Shown here one piece after another: positions 9,320 to 16,494 of a DNA stretch of 32,000 nt (positions within the stretch are counted from its first letter, which is position 1; every line of letters begins with the position of its first letter). Under the pieces are notes generated by a model. The model had not been told where the DNA came from. It searched no databases and saw only the letters and a list, made by a program, of their open reading frames with translations. The translations under genes were made by a program, and so were the position numbers. Source of the stretch: Geobacter metallireducens GS-15 (GTDB lineage: Bacteria > Desulfobacterota > Desulfuromonadia > Geobacterales > Geobacteraceae); the NCBI RefSeq assembly GCF_000012925.1, contig NC_007517.1:2520001-2552000 (forward strand). Direction: 5' to 3'.

Positions 9320-10120
9320 TTAAACCAGCATCGCACCGCCGTCAACAAGTATGGTTGTGCCAGTGATGTACGCTGCTGAATCCGATGCGAGAAAAAGCAC
9401 TGTTCTGGCTATGTCGTCTGGTTGGCCAAACCCGCCGAGGGGAATGGTGGCACCAATGGATTGCAGTGAATCCTTTTCCTCGCTCTGTTTCAGATTGGAA
9501 CGGACCCCTCCCGTCAGGATCCCCCCCGGAACAACGGCTACAGCGCGTATCTTGTGTGGCGCCAGTTCCAGGGCCGTGCTTCGCGTAAGATTTACAACCC
9601 CTCCTTTTGAGGCTCCATAATGGGCCAGACCCGGAAAGCATGGTTTTAGTGCTGCCATGGAAGATATGTTGACAATCACTCCTCCCGTCCCCTGCCGGAC
9701 CATGATACGACCAGCTTCCTGAGAACAGAGGAAGGCACTTTCAAGATTGATCCTGATTACCTCCCGCCACTGCTCTAGCGACATATCCAAAATTTTGGTG
9801 GCAGGATAAATTCCGGCATTGTTCACCAAGATATCAACACCGCCAAAGCTATCAGCAACGTACGAGAACAAAGATTTTATATCGGCTTCCCGGCCGGCAT
9901 CTGACACCAGACTTTTAACTTTACACTTCATGCTGCTCAATCTATGTTCCGCCTCTTCAATCGCTTCTCGATTGATATCAGTAATCAGAACAGTGGCTCC
10001 CGCCTCCGCCAGCCGTTTGGCAATCGCATAGCCAATTCCAGCTGCCGCGCCAGTAACAACCGCCCTTTTGCCTGAAAGATCAAGAAGACCGGAAACCGGT
10101 TTGTCTTCAATTTTTAACAT
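9320..10120 (-). CDS. Short-chain dehydrogenase/reductase (FabG-like)
   Basis: 266 aa with TGAAAGIG, NNAG and the catalytic YGASK. Confidence 0.9.
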   Translation of the reverse strand: MLKIEDKPVSGLLDLSGKRAVVTGAAAGIGYAIAKRLAEAGATVLITDINREAIEEAEHRLSSMKCKVKSLVSDAGREADIKSLFSYVADSFGGVDILVNNAGIYPATKILDMSLEQWREVIRINLESAFLCSQEAGRIMVRQGTGGVIVNISSMAALKPCFPGLAHYGASKGGVVNLTRSTALELAPHKIRAVAVVPGGILTGGVRSNLKQSEEKDSLQSIGATIPLGGFGQPDDIARTVLFLASDSAAYITGTTILVDGGAMLV

Positions 10121-10161
10121 GGAGCCCCCCCTTTACTGATGGACAGCATTCCTGGAAAGAT

Positions 10162-10650
10162 TTACGGGTAGGTCTTGTCAGGTGGAATATATTGCAGATT
10201 TTCCGGAATCCGGTAAATTTCTGTAATACACGACAGTGCATCGGTAGTATCCAGATATACATAACCCATACCGGCACTGGTGGTCCCTTCAAGCAGAACC
10301 TTAATGTCCTTCTTTTGCATTGATGCCATGGTTTCTTCGAAATTGCGCACACCACAGGCGATGTGATGAATCCCCTCCCCATGCTCACGTAGAAAATCGC
10401 TATAGATGCTCTCGTCGAGTGGCTCGATCAGCTCGAGTTGGACCCCTCCCAAGTCAGTAAAAGCAACTTTCATGGAAAATTCAGCTTTTTCGCCGCGCAT
10501 TTTCATATCGTGCATATTTGATTTGTCCAGGTTATAAAACTGCCAGGGCCCGATTCCAAAGTCGTCCGCGTATGTTCGAACGGCTTTCTCCAAGTCATGC
10601 ACAACAATTCCCACCTGCAGAACTTTTTTAAAAACAGGCTGTTTAGCCAT
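10162..10650 (-). CDS. VOC-family protein (glyoxalase/dioxygenase fold, methylmalonyl-CoA-epimerase-like)
   Basis: 162 aa. The sequence LQVGIVVHDLEKAVRTY...LELIEP...EGIHHIA is typical of VOC/epimerase-like proteins. The substrate is unknown. Confidence 0.7.
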   Translation of the reverse strand: MAKQPVFKKVLQVGIVVHDLEKAVRTYADDFGIGPWQFYNLDKSNMHDMKMRGEKAEFSMKVAFTDLGGVQLELIEPLDESIYSDFLREHGEGIHHIACGVRNFEETMASMQKKDIKVLLEGTTSAGMGYVYLDTTDALSCITEIYRIPENLQYIPPDKTYP

Positions 10651-10689
10651 AATAAGCTCCCTATCAGTTATTACATTTACACCGCCATA

Positions 10690-10705
10690 AATCGACCGTT
10701 CGATG
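10690..10705. promoter_or_regulatory. Operator-like site B (AATCGACCGTTCGATG; reverse complement CATCGAACGGTCGATT)
   Basis: Lies in the 101-bp gap between the tesB stop and the VOC gene start. On the coding strand a possible -10 (TATATT) sits 9 nt upstream. 13 consecutive nt (AATCGACCGTTCG) are identical to site A. Confidence 0.45.
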
Positions 10706-10751
10706 CATGGAAAATATACACCTTTCCCTTACGCGCTTACACATGAAGGAA

Positions 10752-11606
10752 TCAAGCGACTGACAAACGACGCTCTCGTATCAGCCCTTCCTGAGCCACA
10801 GAAGCAATAAGTCTGCCGTCACGGGAAAAAAACTGCCCCTGCGAAAAACCACGAGCATTGGAAGCACTCGGGCTCTCGGCGACATAAAGGACCCACTCAT
10901 CCATCCGGAAATCACGATGGTACCACAGGGCATGGTCAAGGCTCGCCTCAAGGTACTTACCCTTTTGGGAAGGTACATCGTGCGGCAGACCTGCCGTGGT
11001 AATCAACCCATAGTCAGAAGCGTAGGCCAAGGCGGCTTGGTGGAACCCGACACAGTCGGAAAGCCGGTCTGTAGATCGAAGCCATACACTTGAAAAAGGA
11101 AGATACATGCCAGATGCATAGGGATTAACGGGTTTAACGGGACGTATTTCAATAGGGAAATTATTAAAAAAGTTCTGCAGGCGCCTGTTGGGAGCGGCCA
11201 TCTTTCCCAAGGTTTCAACCAAGGTCGGAAGTTCTTCGGGGGCAGGAACCTCGGGCATGGAAGCTTGGTGTTCAAGTCCTTTCTCTTCGATCTGAAACGA
11301 TGCCGTCATGGCAAAGATCGCACGCCCACGCTGGATGGCCACCACTCTGCGGGTCGCAAAACTGTGACCCTCATGAATACGGTCCACCTCATACATGACC
11401 GGAAGCTTATTGTCACCCATGAGGAGAAAATAGGCGTGGAAAGAATGAGCCTTACGTCCAATAACAGTTTTTCCTGCGGCAGCCAAGGCCTGACCGAGAA
11501 CCTGGCCACCATAGATTCGGTTAACGCCAAGATTCTGACTGAGTCCCCGGTAAAGGTTCTCCTCAATCTGTTCGAGTTCAAGGATCTCTGGCAATATTTG
11601 TTTCAT
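10752..11606 (-). CDS. tesB: Acyl-CoA thioesterase II (double hotdog)
   Basis: ORF 10752..11714. The sequence ...LYRGLSQNLGVNRIYGGQVLGQALAAA... and the second hotdog half are typical of TesB. The ATG at 11606 (MKQILPEIL) gives about 284 aa, the usual TesB length. The longer form would overlap the upstream gene. Confidence 0.8.
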   Translation of the reverse strand: MKQILPEILELEQIEENLYRGLSQNLGVNRIYGGQVLGQALAAAGKTVIGRKAHSFHAYFLLMGDNKLPVMYEVDRIHEGHSFATRRVVAIQRGRAIFAMTASFQIEEKGLEHQASMPEVPAPEELPTLVETLGKMAAPNRRLQNFFNNFPIEIRPVKPVNPYASGMYLPFSSVWLRSTDRLSDCVGFHQAALAYASDYGLITTAGLPHDVPSQKGKYLEASLDHALWYHRDFRMDEWVLYVAESPSASNARGFSQGQFFSRDGRLIASVAQEGLIRERRLSVA

Positions 11607-11661
11607 ATCACGCGACACCTTCTTCCGTTTTACAGCACTACCGTCCGGTAATCCAACAACA

Positions 11662-12777
11662 TCAGGCTTTATCTTTTTGACTCCATGCTGCAAACAGTTG
11701 CCTGCCGGTATCAAACGGTTCCTGATAGGTTTGTCGTTCTTTTAGTGAAATCGCCTGGGTAGGACAAGTCGTTACGCAAAGTCCACATCCTATGCATTTC
11801 TCCTCGCTTATGTGTAACGGCCCCATGATTGACGTAACACCCCGGACTGGGCACCTCTTTGCACATAAGCCACAAGCGATACATCGTGCTTGCTCTACTC
11901 CGGCAATAAACCTAGATTTCGCCATGGCGTGGGGTTTGTGGGCAATGGCCTGCAATTGTGTACAGCAGCAGGGACAACAACTGCACATAGAAACACCCAT
12001 CTCTTTTGCATTGCCAACCACGTGAACCAATCCGGCCTTTTCTGTCTGATCCAGGATCTCCAAGACTTCTGTTTGGTCCACTTCCCGTCCGTACCCTCTC
12101 TCACTCATAAAGCGGGCAAGATCTCCAAAATGAAAGCAGACCTCCGTGACTTTACCGCAACTGCTTCCACTAAGCTCTGCTGACTTCCTACAAGGGCAAT
12201 GAATCACCACAGCAAAATCATATCGCTTAATAAGCTCTGCCGCCTTCTCGTAGGGGAAAATCTCCTGACTAGTATCTATCGATTTCCCCACAGGAATGAC
12301 TCGTGTGAATGGAGCTCCCCCTAACATGCTCTTGCCCCATCCACTTTTGTAGTATTCCTGCCAAAGCCTGGCCAACTGCTCAGTTCGCGGGTTCCTTTCT
12401 CCTGTGGCAAACGAGGTTTCCCACAATCCCACAGCCGTTGGTAGAAGGCAGTACAGTTCCTTGGCCACTCCATCCTGGGTAATATTCTTTTTATAGACTA
12501 GTGCCTTATCCGCCATTCGTTCAAGAACAGGACGCAATACATTTACATCCAAGTTGCCACGCTGTGCGAGCTTTGTTATTTCCACATGTTGCTGACTCAG
12601 AATCAAGGCAGCTCCAGCCTCTTCAGGAGTGAATCGGATACGGAGGATTCCAAGAATCGATTCCGCCTCGGGGGCACTCAGGACAAACGTATCCAAGTGT
12701 TTACGTAGTTTCACATAGACGTCATCAAGACTTTCGCTTCCGTCGTCCACAGCACTTAATATCAATTCGCCACCCAC
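11662..12777 (-). CDS. Cys-rich iron-sulfur protein with a C-terminal 2x[4Fe-4S] ferredoxin domain
   Basis: Two CxxCxxCxxxCP motifs are present (CIACGLCAKRCP and CIGCGLCVTTCP). It also has HCPCRKSAELSGSSCGKVTEVCFH and a CSCCPCCC cluster (nt 11962-11985). The start is a GTG at 12777 and is uncertain. Confidence 0.75.
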   Translation of the reverse strand: MGGELILSAVDDGSESLDDVYVKLRKHLDTFVLSAPEAESILGILRIRFTPEEAGAALILSQQHVEITKLAQRGNLDVNVLRPVLERMADKALVYKKNITQDGVAKELYCLLPTAVGLWETSFATGERNPRTEQLARLWQEYYKSGWGKSMLGGAPFTRVIPVGKSIDTSQEIFPYEKAAELIKRYDFAVVIHCPCRKSAELSGSSCGKVTEVCFHFGDLARFMSERGYGREVDQTEVLEILDQTEKAGLVHVVGNAKEMGVSMCSCCPCCCTQLQAIAHKPHAMAKSRFIAGVEQARCIACGLCAKRCPVRGVTSIMGPLHISEEKCIGCGLCVTTCPTQAISLKERQTYQEPFDTGRQLFAAWSQKDKA

Positions 12778-12863
12778 TCATTATCTGCCATGATACCCAA
12801 CTCAAGCCCGGAACCTTCAGTCAAAATGGAAAAAAATTGTTCAGCTACATCTCCAATACTTAA
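12762..12863 (-). pseudogene. Orphaned 3' coding remnant of the TetR gene, separated from its body by the IS
   Basis: Joining 14209 to 12863 across one TTAA copy keeps the TetR frame open for 33 more codons: LSIGDVAEQFFSILTEGSGLELGIMADNEWVAN, then a stop at 12764-12762. That stop overlaps the GTG start of the Fe-S gene by 16 nt, an arrangement typical of translational coupling. Confidence 0.5.
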
Positions 12864-12880
12864 CAGGTTGTTGAAAAACT
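12864..12880 (+). repeat. IS left terminal inverted repeat (CAGGTTGTTGAAAAACT)
   Basis: Matches the reverse complement of 14188-14204 (CAGGCCGTTGAAAAACT) at 15 of 17 positions. Confidence 0.8.
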
Positions 12881-12958
12881 AAACCTTTTTGATTCAATAA
12901 GTTAGCGAACTGTGCTATATTTTTACGCGTAACAATCTGAATTTACAGGAGAAAAGTT

Positions 12959-14035
12959 ATGCGCGGCGCCGAGACAAAAACCGAAGCTCTGTTCTGTTAT
13001 CTCTCCCCTGAGTCGTACGTCCCGAAGGACCACCCCTTGCGGTCGATCAGGGCGATGGTGGATAAGGCCCTTGCAGAGCTCAGCCCGCAATTCGAGGCCA
13101 TGTACTCCCACACCGGCCGGCCCTCGATTCCTCCTGAGCAGTTGCTTAAAGCACTTCTGCTTCAGGCGCTGTACACCATCAGGAGTAACCGTCTGCTGGT
13201 GGAGCAGATCAGCTACAGCATCCTGTTCCGCTGGTTTGTGGGATTGGCCCTGGACGAGAAGGTCTGGGACCACTCCTCGTTTTCCACCAACCTGGAGCGG
13301 TTGATCGATACCGACGTGGCACGGCTGCTCTTGGCAAAAGTAGTTGAGCAGGCCCGAAGGGCAAAGCTGTTGTCCGACGAGCACTTCAGCGTTGACGGCA
13401 CCCTCATCGAGGCGTGGGCTTCTATCAAGAGCTTTCGGCCCAAGGATGGACCAAAGCCTCCAGTGGGTCGTAACACGGAGCGTGATTTCCACGGCGAAAA
13501 GCTCAAAAACGACACCCATGCCTCCACCACCGATCCGGATGCGCGGATTGCCAGGAGAAGCTCGGGCAAAGAGGCGAAGCTCAGTTACCACGGGCACGCT
13601 CTCATGGAGAACCGCAACGGGATCATCGTCGATGCCAGAATCACCCACGCAACCGGTACCGCTGAGCGGGATACCGCAGTCGAGATGATCGCAGACGTCG
13701 CCGGTAACAAGCGGATCACCATGGGCGGCGACAAGGGCTACGACACCAAAGAGTGCGTCAAAGATCTGCGAGCACTCAAGGTAACCCCTCACATTGCTCA
13801 GAACACCGCTAACCGCCGCTCAGCCATCGATGGCAGGACTACCCGCCACGAAGGCTACAAAACCAGCCTGAGGATTCGCAAGCGGATCGAAGAGGCCTTC
13901 GGCTGGCTCAAGACTGTCGGCAATCTCCGCAAGACCCGGCATCGGGGAATAGCGAAAGTCGACTGGTACTTCACCATGGCCATTGCGGCATACAATCTGG
14001 TCCGGCTGCGCAATCTCGGGACGAAAACGGCATAA
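12959..14035 (+). CDS. IS5-family DDE transposase
   Basis: 358 aa with an AGGAGAA RBS. The N-terminus is like the IS5-type transposase N-domain (...HTGRPSIPPEQLLKALLLQALYTIRSNRLLVEQISYSILFRWFVGL...). The C-terminal DDE region includes DKGYD and ...RIEEAFGWLK... Confidence 0.9.
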   Translation: MRGAETKTEALFCYLSPESYVPKDHPLRSIRAMVDKALAELSPQFEAMYSHTGRPSIPPEQLLKALLLQALYTIRSNRLLVEQISYSILFRWFVGLALDEKVWDHSSFSTNLERLIDTDVARLLLAKVVEQARRAKLLSDEHFSVDGTLIEAWASIKSFRPKDGPKPPVGRNTERDFHGEKLKNDTHASTTDPDARIARRSSGKEAKLSYHGHALMENRNGIIVDARITHATGTAERDTAVEMIADVAGNKRITMGGDKGYDTKECVKDLRALKVTPHIAQNTANRRSAIDGRTTRHEGYKTSLRIRKRIEEAFGWLKTVGNLRKTRHRGIAKVDWYFTMAIAAYNLVRLRNLGTKTA

Positions 14036-14187
14036 TCAGGGGAATAATGCGACTCTTGGTGGCAAAGCCCGCCCGAAAAGGCCAAATCAAGGTAAAAAGC
14101 AAAGTTTCAAAGAACGAATAGGGCGAGATCAATGCAACTATCGGCCTAAAATGATCTCCTTGAAGGGGATTGCCCTGGAAATGAAGG

Positions 14188-14204
14188 AGTTTTTCAACGG
14201 CCTG
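14188..14204 (-). repeat. IS right terminal inverted repeat
   Basis: AGTTTTTCAACGGCCTG on the plus strand. It pairs with 12864-12880. Confidence 0.8.
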
Positions 14205-14790
14205 TTAAAATATCATTTTTCTTGTACCAAACGCACGCATGATTACACATCCCCATGATTGCCTTGGCTGTAACATGAGGATCAAGGTCTTTGAACAAGT
14301 TTGTTTCTTCTGACTGTATCTGTTGAATTATTCTAACCACCTGTTGTCCATAAAGCCTTTGTTGTTGTTGATATACAGTCCTGCTTTTACCAGTAAGAAA
14401 TTTACCATCTTTGATATTAATTGACAGAACATCCTTCCTTTCTGCCACCATTTTCATATGAAAATGGACAAACTTATTCAATTTTGTAACTCCATCAAGA
14501 CTTTTGTTATTGAGTACTGGTTTGAATTCATCAATATACGCGGGTAGAAAGTTTTCCATTACAGCTAGAAGGATACCTTCCTTACTCTTGAAATAGTGTA
14601 TCACTGTGCTCTTTGAAATCCCTACCATATCCGCAAGAATCCCTATTGACATACCTTTATAACCAACTTCGCTCATAACCATAATCGCAGTTTTTATTAA
14701 TTTATCATAGGTACTGCACTCAATTTTGCCATTATCCCTTTCACTCTCGTACGTGAGGAAATCAACTGAACAATGTCTCTTTGCAGACAT
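14194..14790 (-). CDS. TetR/AcrR-family transcriptional regulator whose last codons and stop are supplied by the IS (C-terminally truncated allele)
   Basis: The N-terminal HTH is KLIKTAIMVMSEVGYKGMSIGILADMVGISKSTVIHYFKSKEGIL. The ORF ends ...WYKKNDILTGR. Codons TGR and the stop lie inside the IS right inverted repeat (14194-14204). Confidence 0.8.
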   Translation of the reverse strand: MSAKRHCSVDFLTYESERDNGKIECSTYDKLIKTAIMVMSEVGYKGMSIGILADMVGISKSTVIHYFKSKEGILLAVMENFLPAYIDEFKPVLNNKSLDGVTKLNKFVHFHMKMVAERKDVLSINIKDGKFLTGKSRTVYQQQQRLYGQQVVRIIQQIQSEETNLFKDLDPHVTAKAIMGMCNHACVWYKKNDILTGR

Positions 14791-14870
14791 TTATTACCTC
14801 CGTGATAGAAGGGAGTCTTGGACAACCCGGCAGGTTATAATATTTTTCGTAAGCATCAGTAAACCAAGAA

Positions 14871-14890
14871 GCCCCCCCTAGCTGGGGGGG
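14871..14890 (-). terminator. GC hairpin downstream of the Cache-protein gene (C7-TAGCT-G7)
   Basis: The sequence is GCCCCCCCTAGCTGGGGGGG. On the minus strand the stem is followed by CTTCTTGGTTT. It lies 6 nt after the stop at 14896. Confidence 0.6.
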
Positions 14891-14895
14891 ATCCA

Positions 14896-15765
14896 TTATT
14901 GCGTATAATAGCCTACTGCAATAAGGTAATTGTCTACTTTACGAAATATAGTGTTCTTAACTTCTATTTTCCCCGTTAATAAATTCCTCCAACGATATGT
15001 CAATGTTCCTTTTCCCTTTTTTTTGGCAATGCCAATCATCTCCTTGACAATTGATTTACCATCAGGGTTTCTCAACTCCATTGCATCTGTGTTGACGAGT
15101 CGCGGTGTAGCACCATGAGCGCGGAAAATATTATCTTTCAAATCTACAACAAATACGTAAAGATCATCCTGTATAAACTTGCTATTAAGATCATTAAAAG
15201 CATTACACGCAGAGACAGGGTCTTTCTTCAGCGTTTCAACAGCCTGCGCAAGGAGAGCATAGGCCTGTACATCACTTGCATGCGGAATGTAGAACCCAAC
15301 AGCAATTATTCGATCCCCTATTCTTTGGAAATAAGTATGTTTGTGTTCAGGCTTCCCATCCAAACGATTGAGCCATTTGTATTCAACCGCACCGGCATTT
15401 TGACTCTTTGCCGTATCTATCATCTCACGAAAAAATAGTTTACCTTCAGCATCTCGCATGTTTGATACGTCCCGACCAATCAAAACTGATGACGATCCAC
15501 CGCTTGCGAGAAATTTCCCATTTGTTCCGATCACATAAACATAGAGATTACCCTTGACGAATTGACCCTGCATGGAGAAGTCTGCAAATGAACGATCCTT
15601 TTTTTTGTTATAGAGCTCGACAGCTCGGGCAAGCATTTCCTTAGCGTTTTTGGAATCATAGCTTTCTTCAGGCTTGGCAGTCGAAGGCTTTATTTGTTCA
15701 GCAGCAAACAACAAATGTGCTGACAACAATGTAATGAGAGCTGTAACGAGGACTACTTTTCTCAT
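14896..15765 (-). CDS. Secreted tandem Cache-like (two sCache-type repeats) protein with no output domain
   Basis: ORF 14896..15813. The ATG at 15765 follows AAGGAGA. The signal peptide is MRKVVLVTALITLLSAHLLFAAEQ. Two homologous halves each contain ...LYV(Y/F)V(I/V)...G... and end in ...IAVGFY and ...IAVGYY. No TM or signalling domain follows. Confidence 0.7.
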   Translation of the reverse strand: MRKVVLVTALITLLSAHLLFAAEQIKPSTAKPEESYDSKNAKEMLARAVELYNKKKDRSFADFSMQGQFVKGNLYVYVIGTNGKFLASGGSSSVLIGRDVSNMRDAEGKLFFREMIDTAKSQNAGAVEYKWLNRLDGKPEHKHTYFQRIGDRIIAVGFYIPHASDVQAYALLAQAVETLKKDPVSACNAFNDLNSKFIQDDLYVFVVDLKDNIFRAHGATPRLVNTDAMELRNPDGKSIVKEMIGIAKKKGKGTLTYRWRNLLTGKIEVKNTIFRKVDNYLIAVGYYTQ

Positions 15766-16009
15766 AATTGTCTCCTTTTCAACTAAATTCGTCACTCTCA
15801 ATGCAAGCTCCACATTTGTATTTGGCCCTATCGACTATCCATTATCCTACAGTCAAACCGCTCTTGTGAGATGTTTCTACTGTTGCCAAAACAGCATGTC
15901 TCCTAAGATAGTAGTCGTATCTTGCATAATCGAAAGTGAGGATTATTCATTCAAAAGCTTTATTGAACTCTGGCGCACAACAAACTATAATCTACCGCTC
16001 AATCACCAA

Positions 16010-16387
16010 TCAGTGGTTAGGAATCTGTATTAAACATTCGCTATTGGGTTGCGTTGCAATGTCTCCTGACATTATTTGACCCTCTGTAACAACTGCTTGA
16101 ACGTAATGGTCCCCCAATTCCTTGACGACCCTAATTTTTCCTACTTCAGTTTTAATCAAATAGAATCCTTCCCCCATACGATAAACCGGAACTATGGCAC
16201 CAGGACAAAATTCCTCTTTAGCCGTTTTACTATGCGCATAATAAAGGTTGACAGTATCTCCCTGTTCGGCAATGCCTCCATCTCTCACCACTGCCCGGGC
16301 CTCAGGTTGAATTGAAGCACACGCTGTCATTAAACCGGCCATCACGATAATTGCAAGTCCCGTTACCAACCGCTTAGCTCTGTTCAT
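16010..16387 (-). CDS. Small lipoprotein of unknown function
   Basis: The ATG at 16387 follows AAGGAGA. MNRAKRLVTGLAIIVMAGLMTAC is a lipobox-like signal ending in Cys. I recognise no family. Confidence 0.55.
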   Translation of the reverse strand: MNRAKRLVTGLAIIVMAGLMTACASIQPEARAVVRDGGIAEQGDTVNLYYAHSKTAKEEFCPGAIVPVYRMGEGFYLIKTEVGKIRVVKELGDHYVQAVVTEGQIMSGDIATQPNSECLIQIPNH

Positions 16388-16494
16388 ACTATCTCCTTTT
16401 CGTTGGGGTAGATTCAAATTAAATTGCATCGGAGTCTAAATAATCAGTACACACTTAGTCAACATAACTTAGAAAACACAAATCTTACTACTTA

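Larger units (their letters stand above)
12864..14204 (+). mobile_element. IS5-family insertion sequence (about 1.34 kb) flanked by a TTAA direct repeat
   Basis: It has 17-bp terminal inverted repeats, a single DDE transposase ORF, and TTAA at 12860-12863 and 14205-14208. It looks clearly GC-richer than both flanks by eye (not computed). Confidence 0.85.

Noticed and set aside
12923-13792. 289-aa minus-strand ORF inside the IS
   Set aside because: It is antisense to the transposase gene, which has clear family features. It is the typical open shadow frame of a GC-rich sequence, with no RBS or recognisable domain.
14829-14841. AACCCGGCAGGTT imperfect palindrome upstream of tetR, as a possible autoregulatory operator
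   Set aside because: Only the outer AACC/GGTT arms resemble the A-D operator. The spacing differs (13 nt against 16) and the CGAACG core is absent. There is not enough to call a fifth site.
14871-14890. C7...G7 tract as a slipped-strand or phase-variable element
   Set aside because: The two runs are complementary arms of a hairpin directly after a stop codon and followed by a T-rich stretch. It is most simply an intrinsic terminator.
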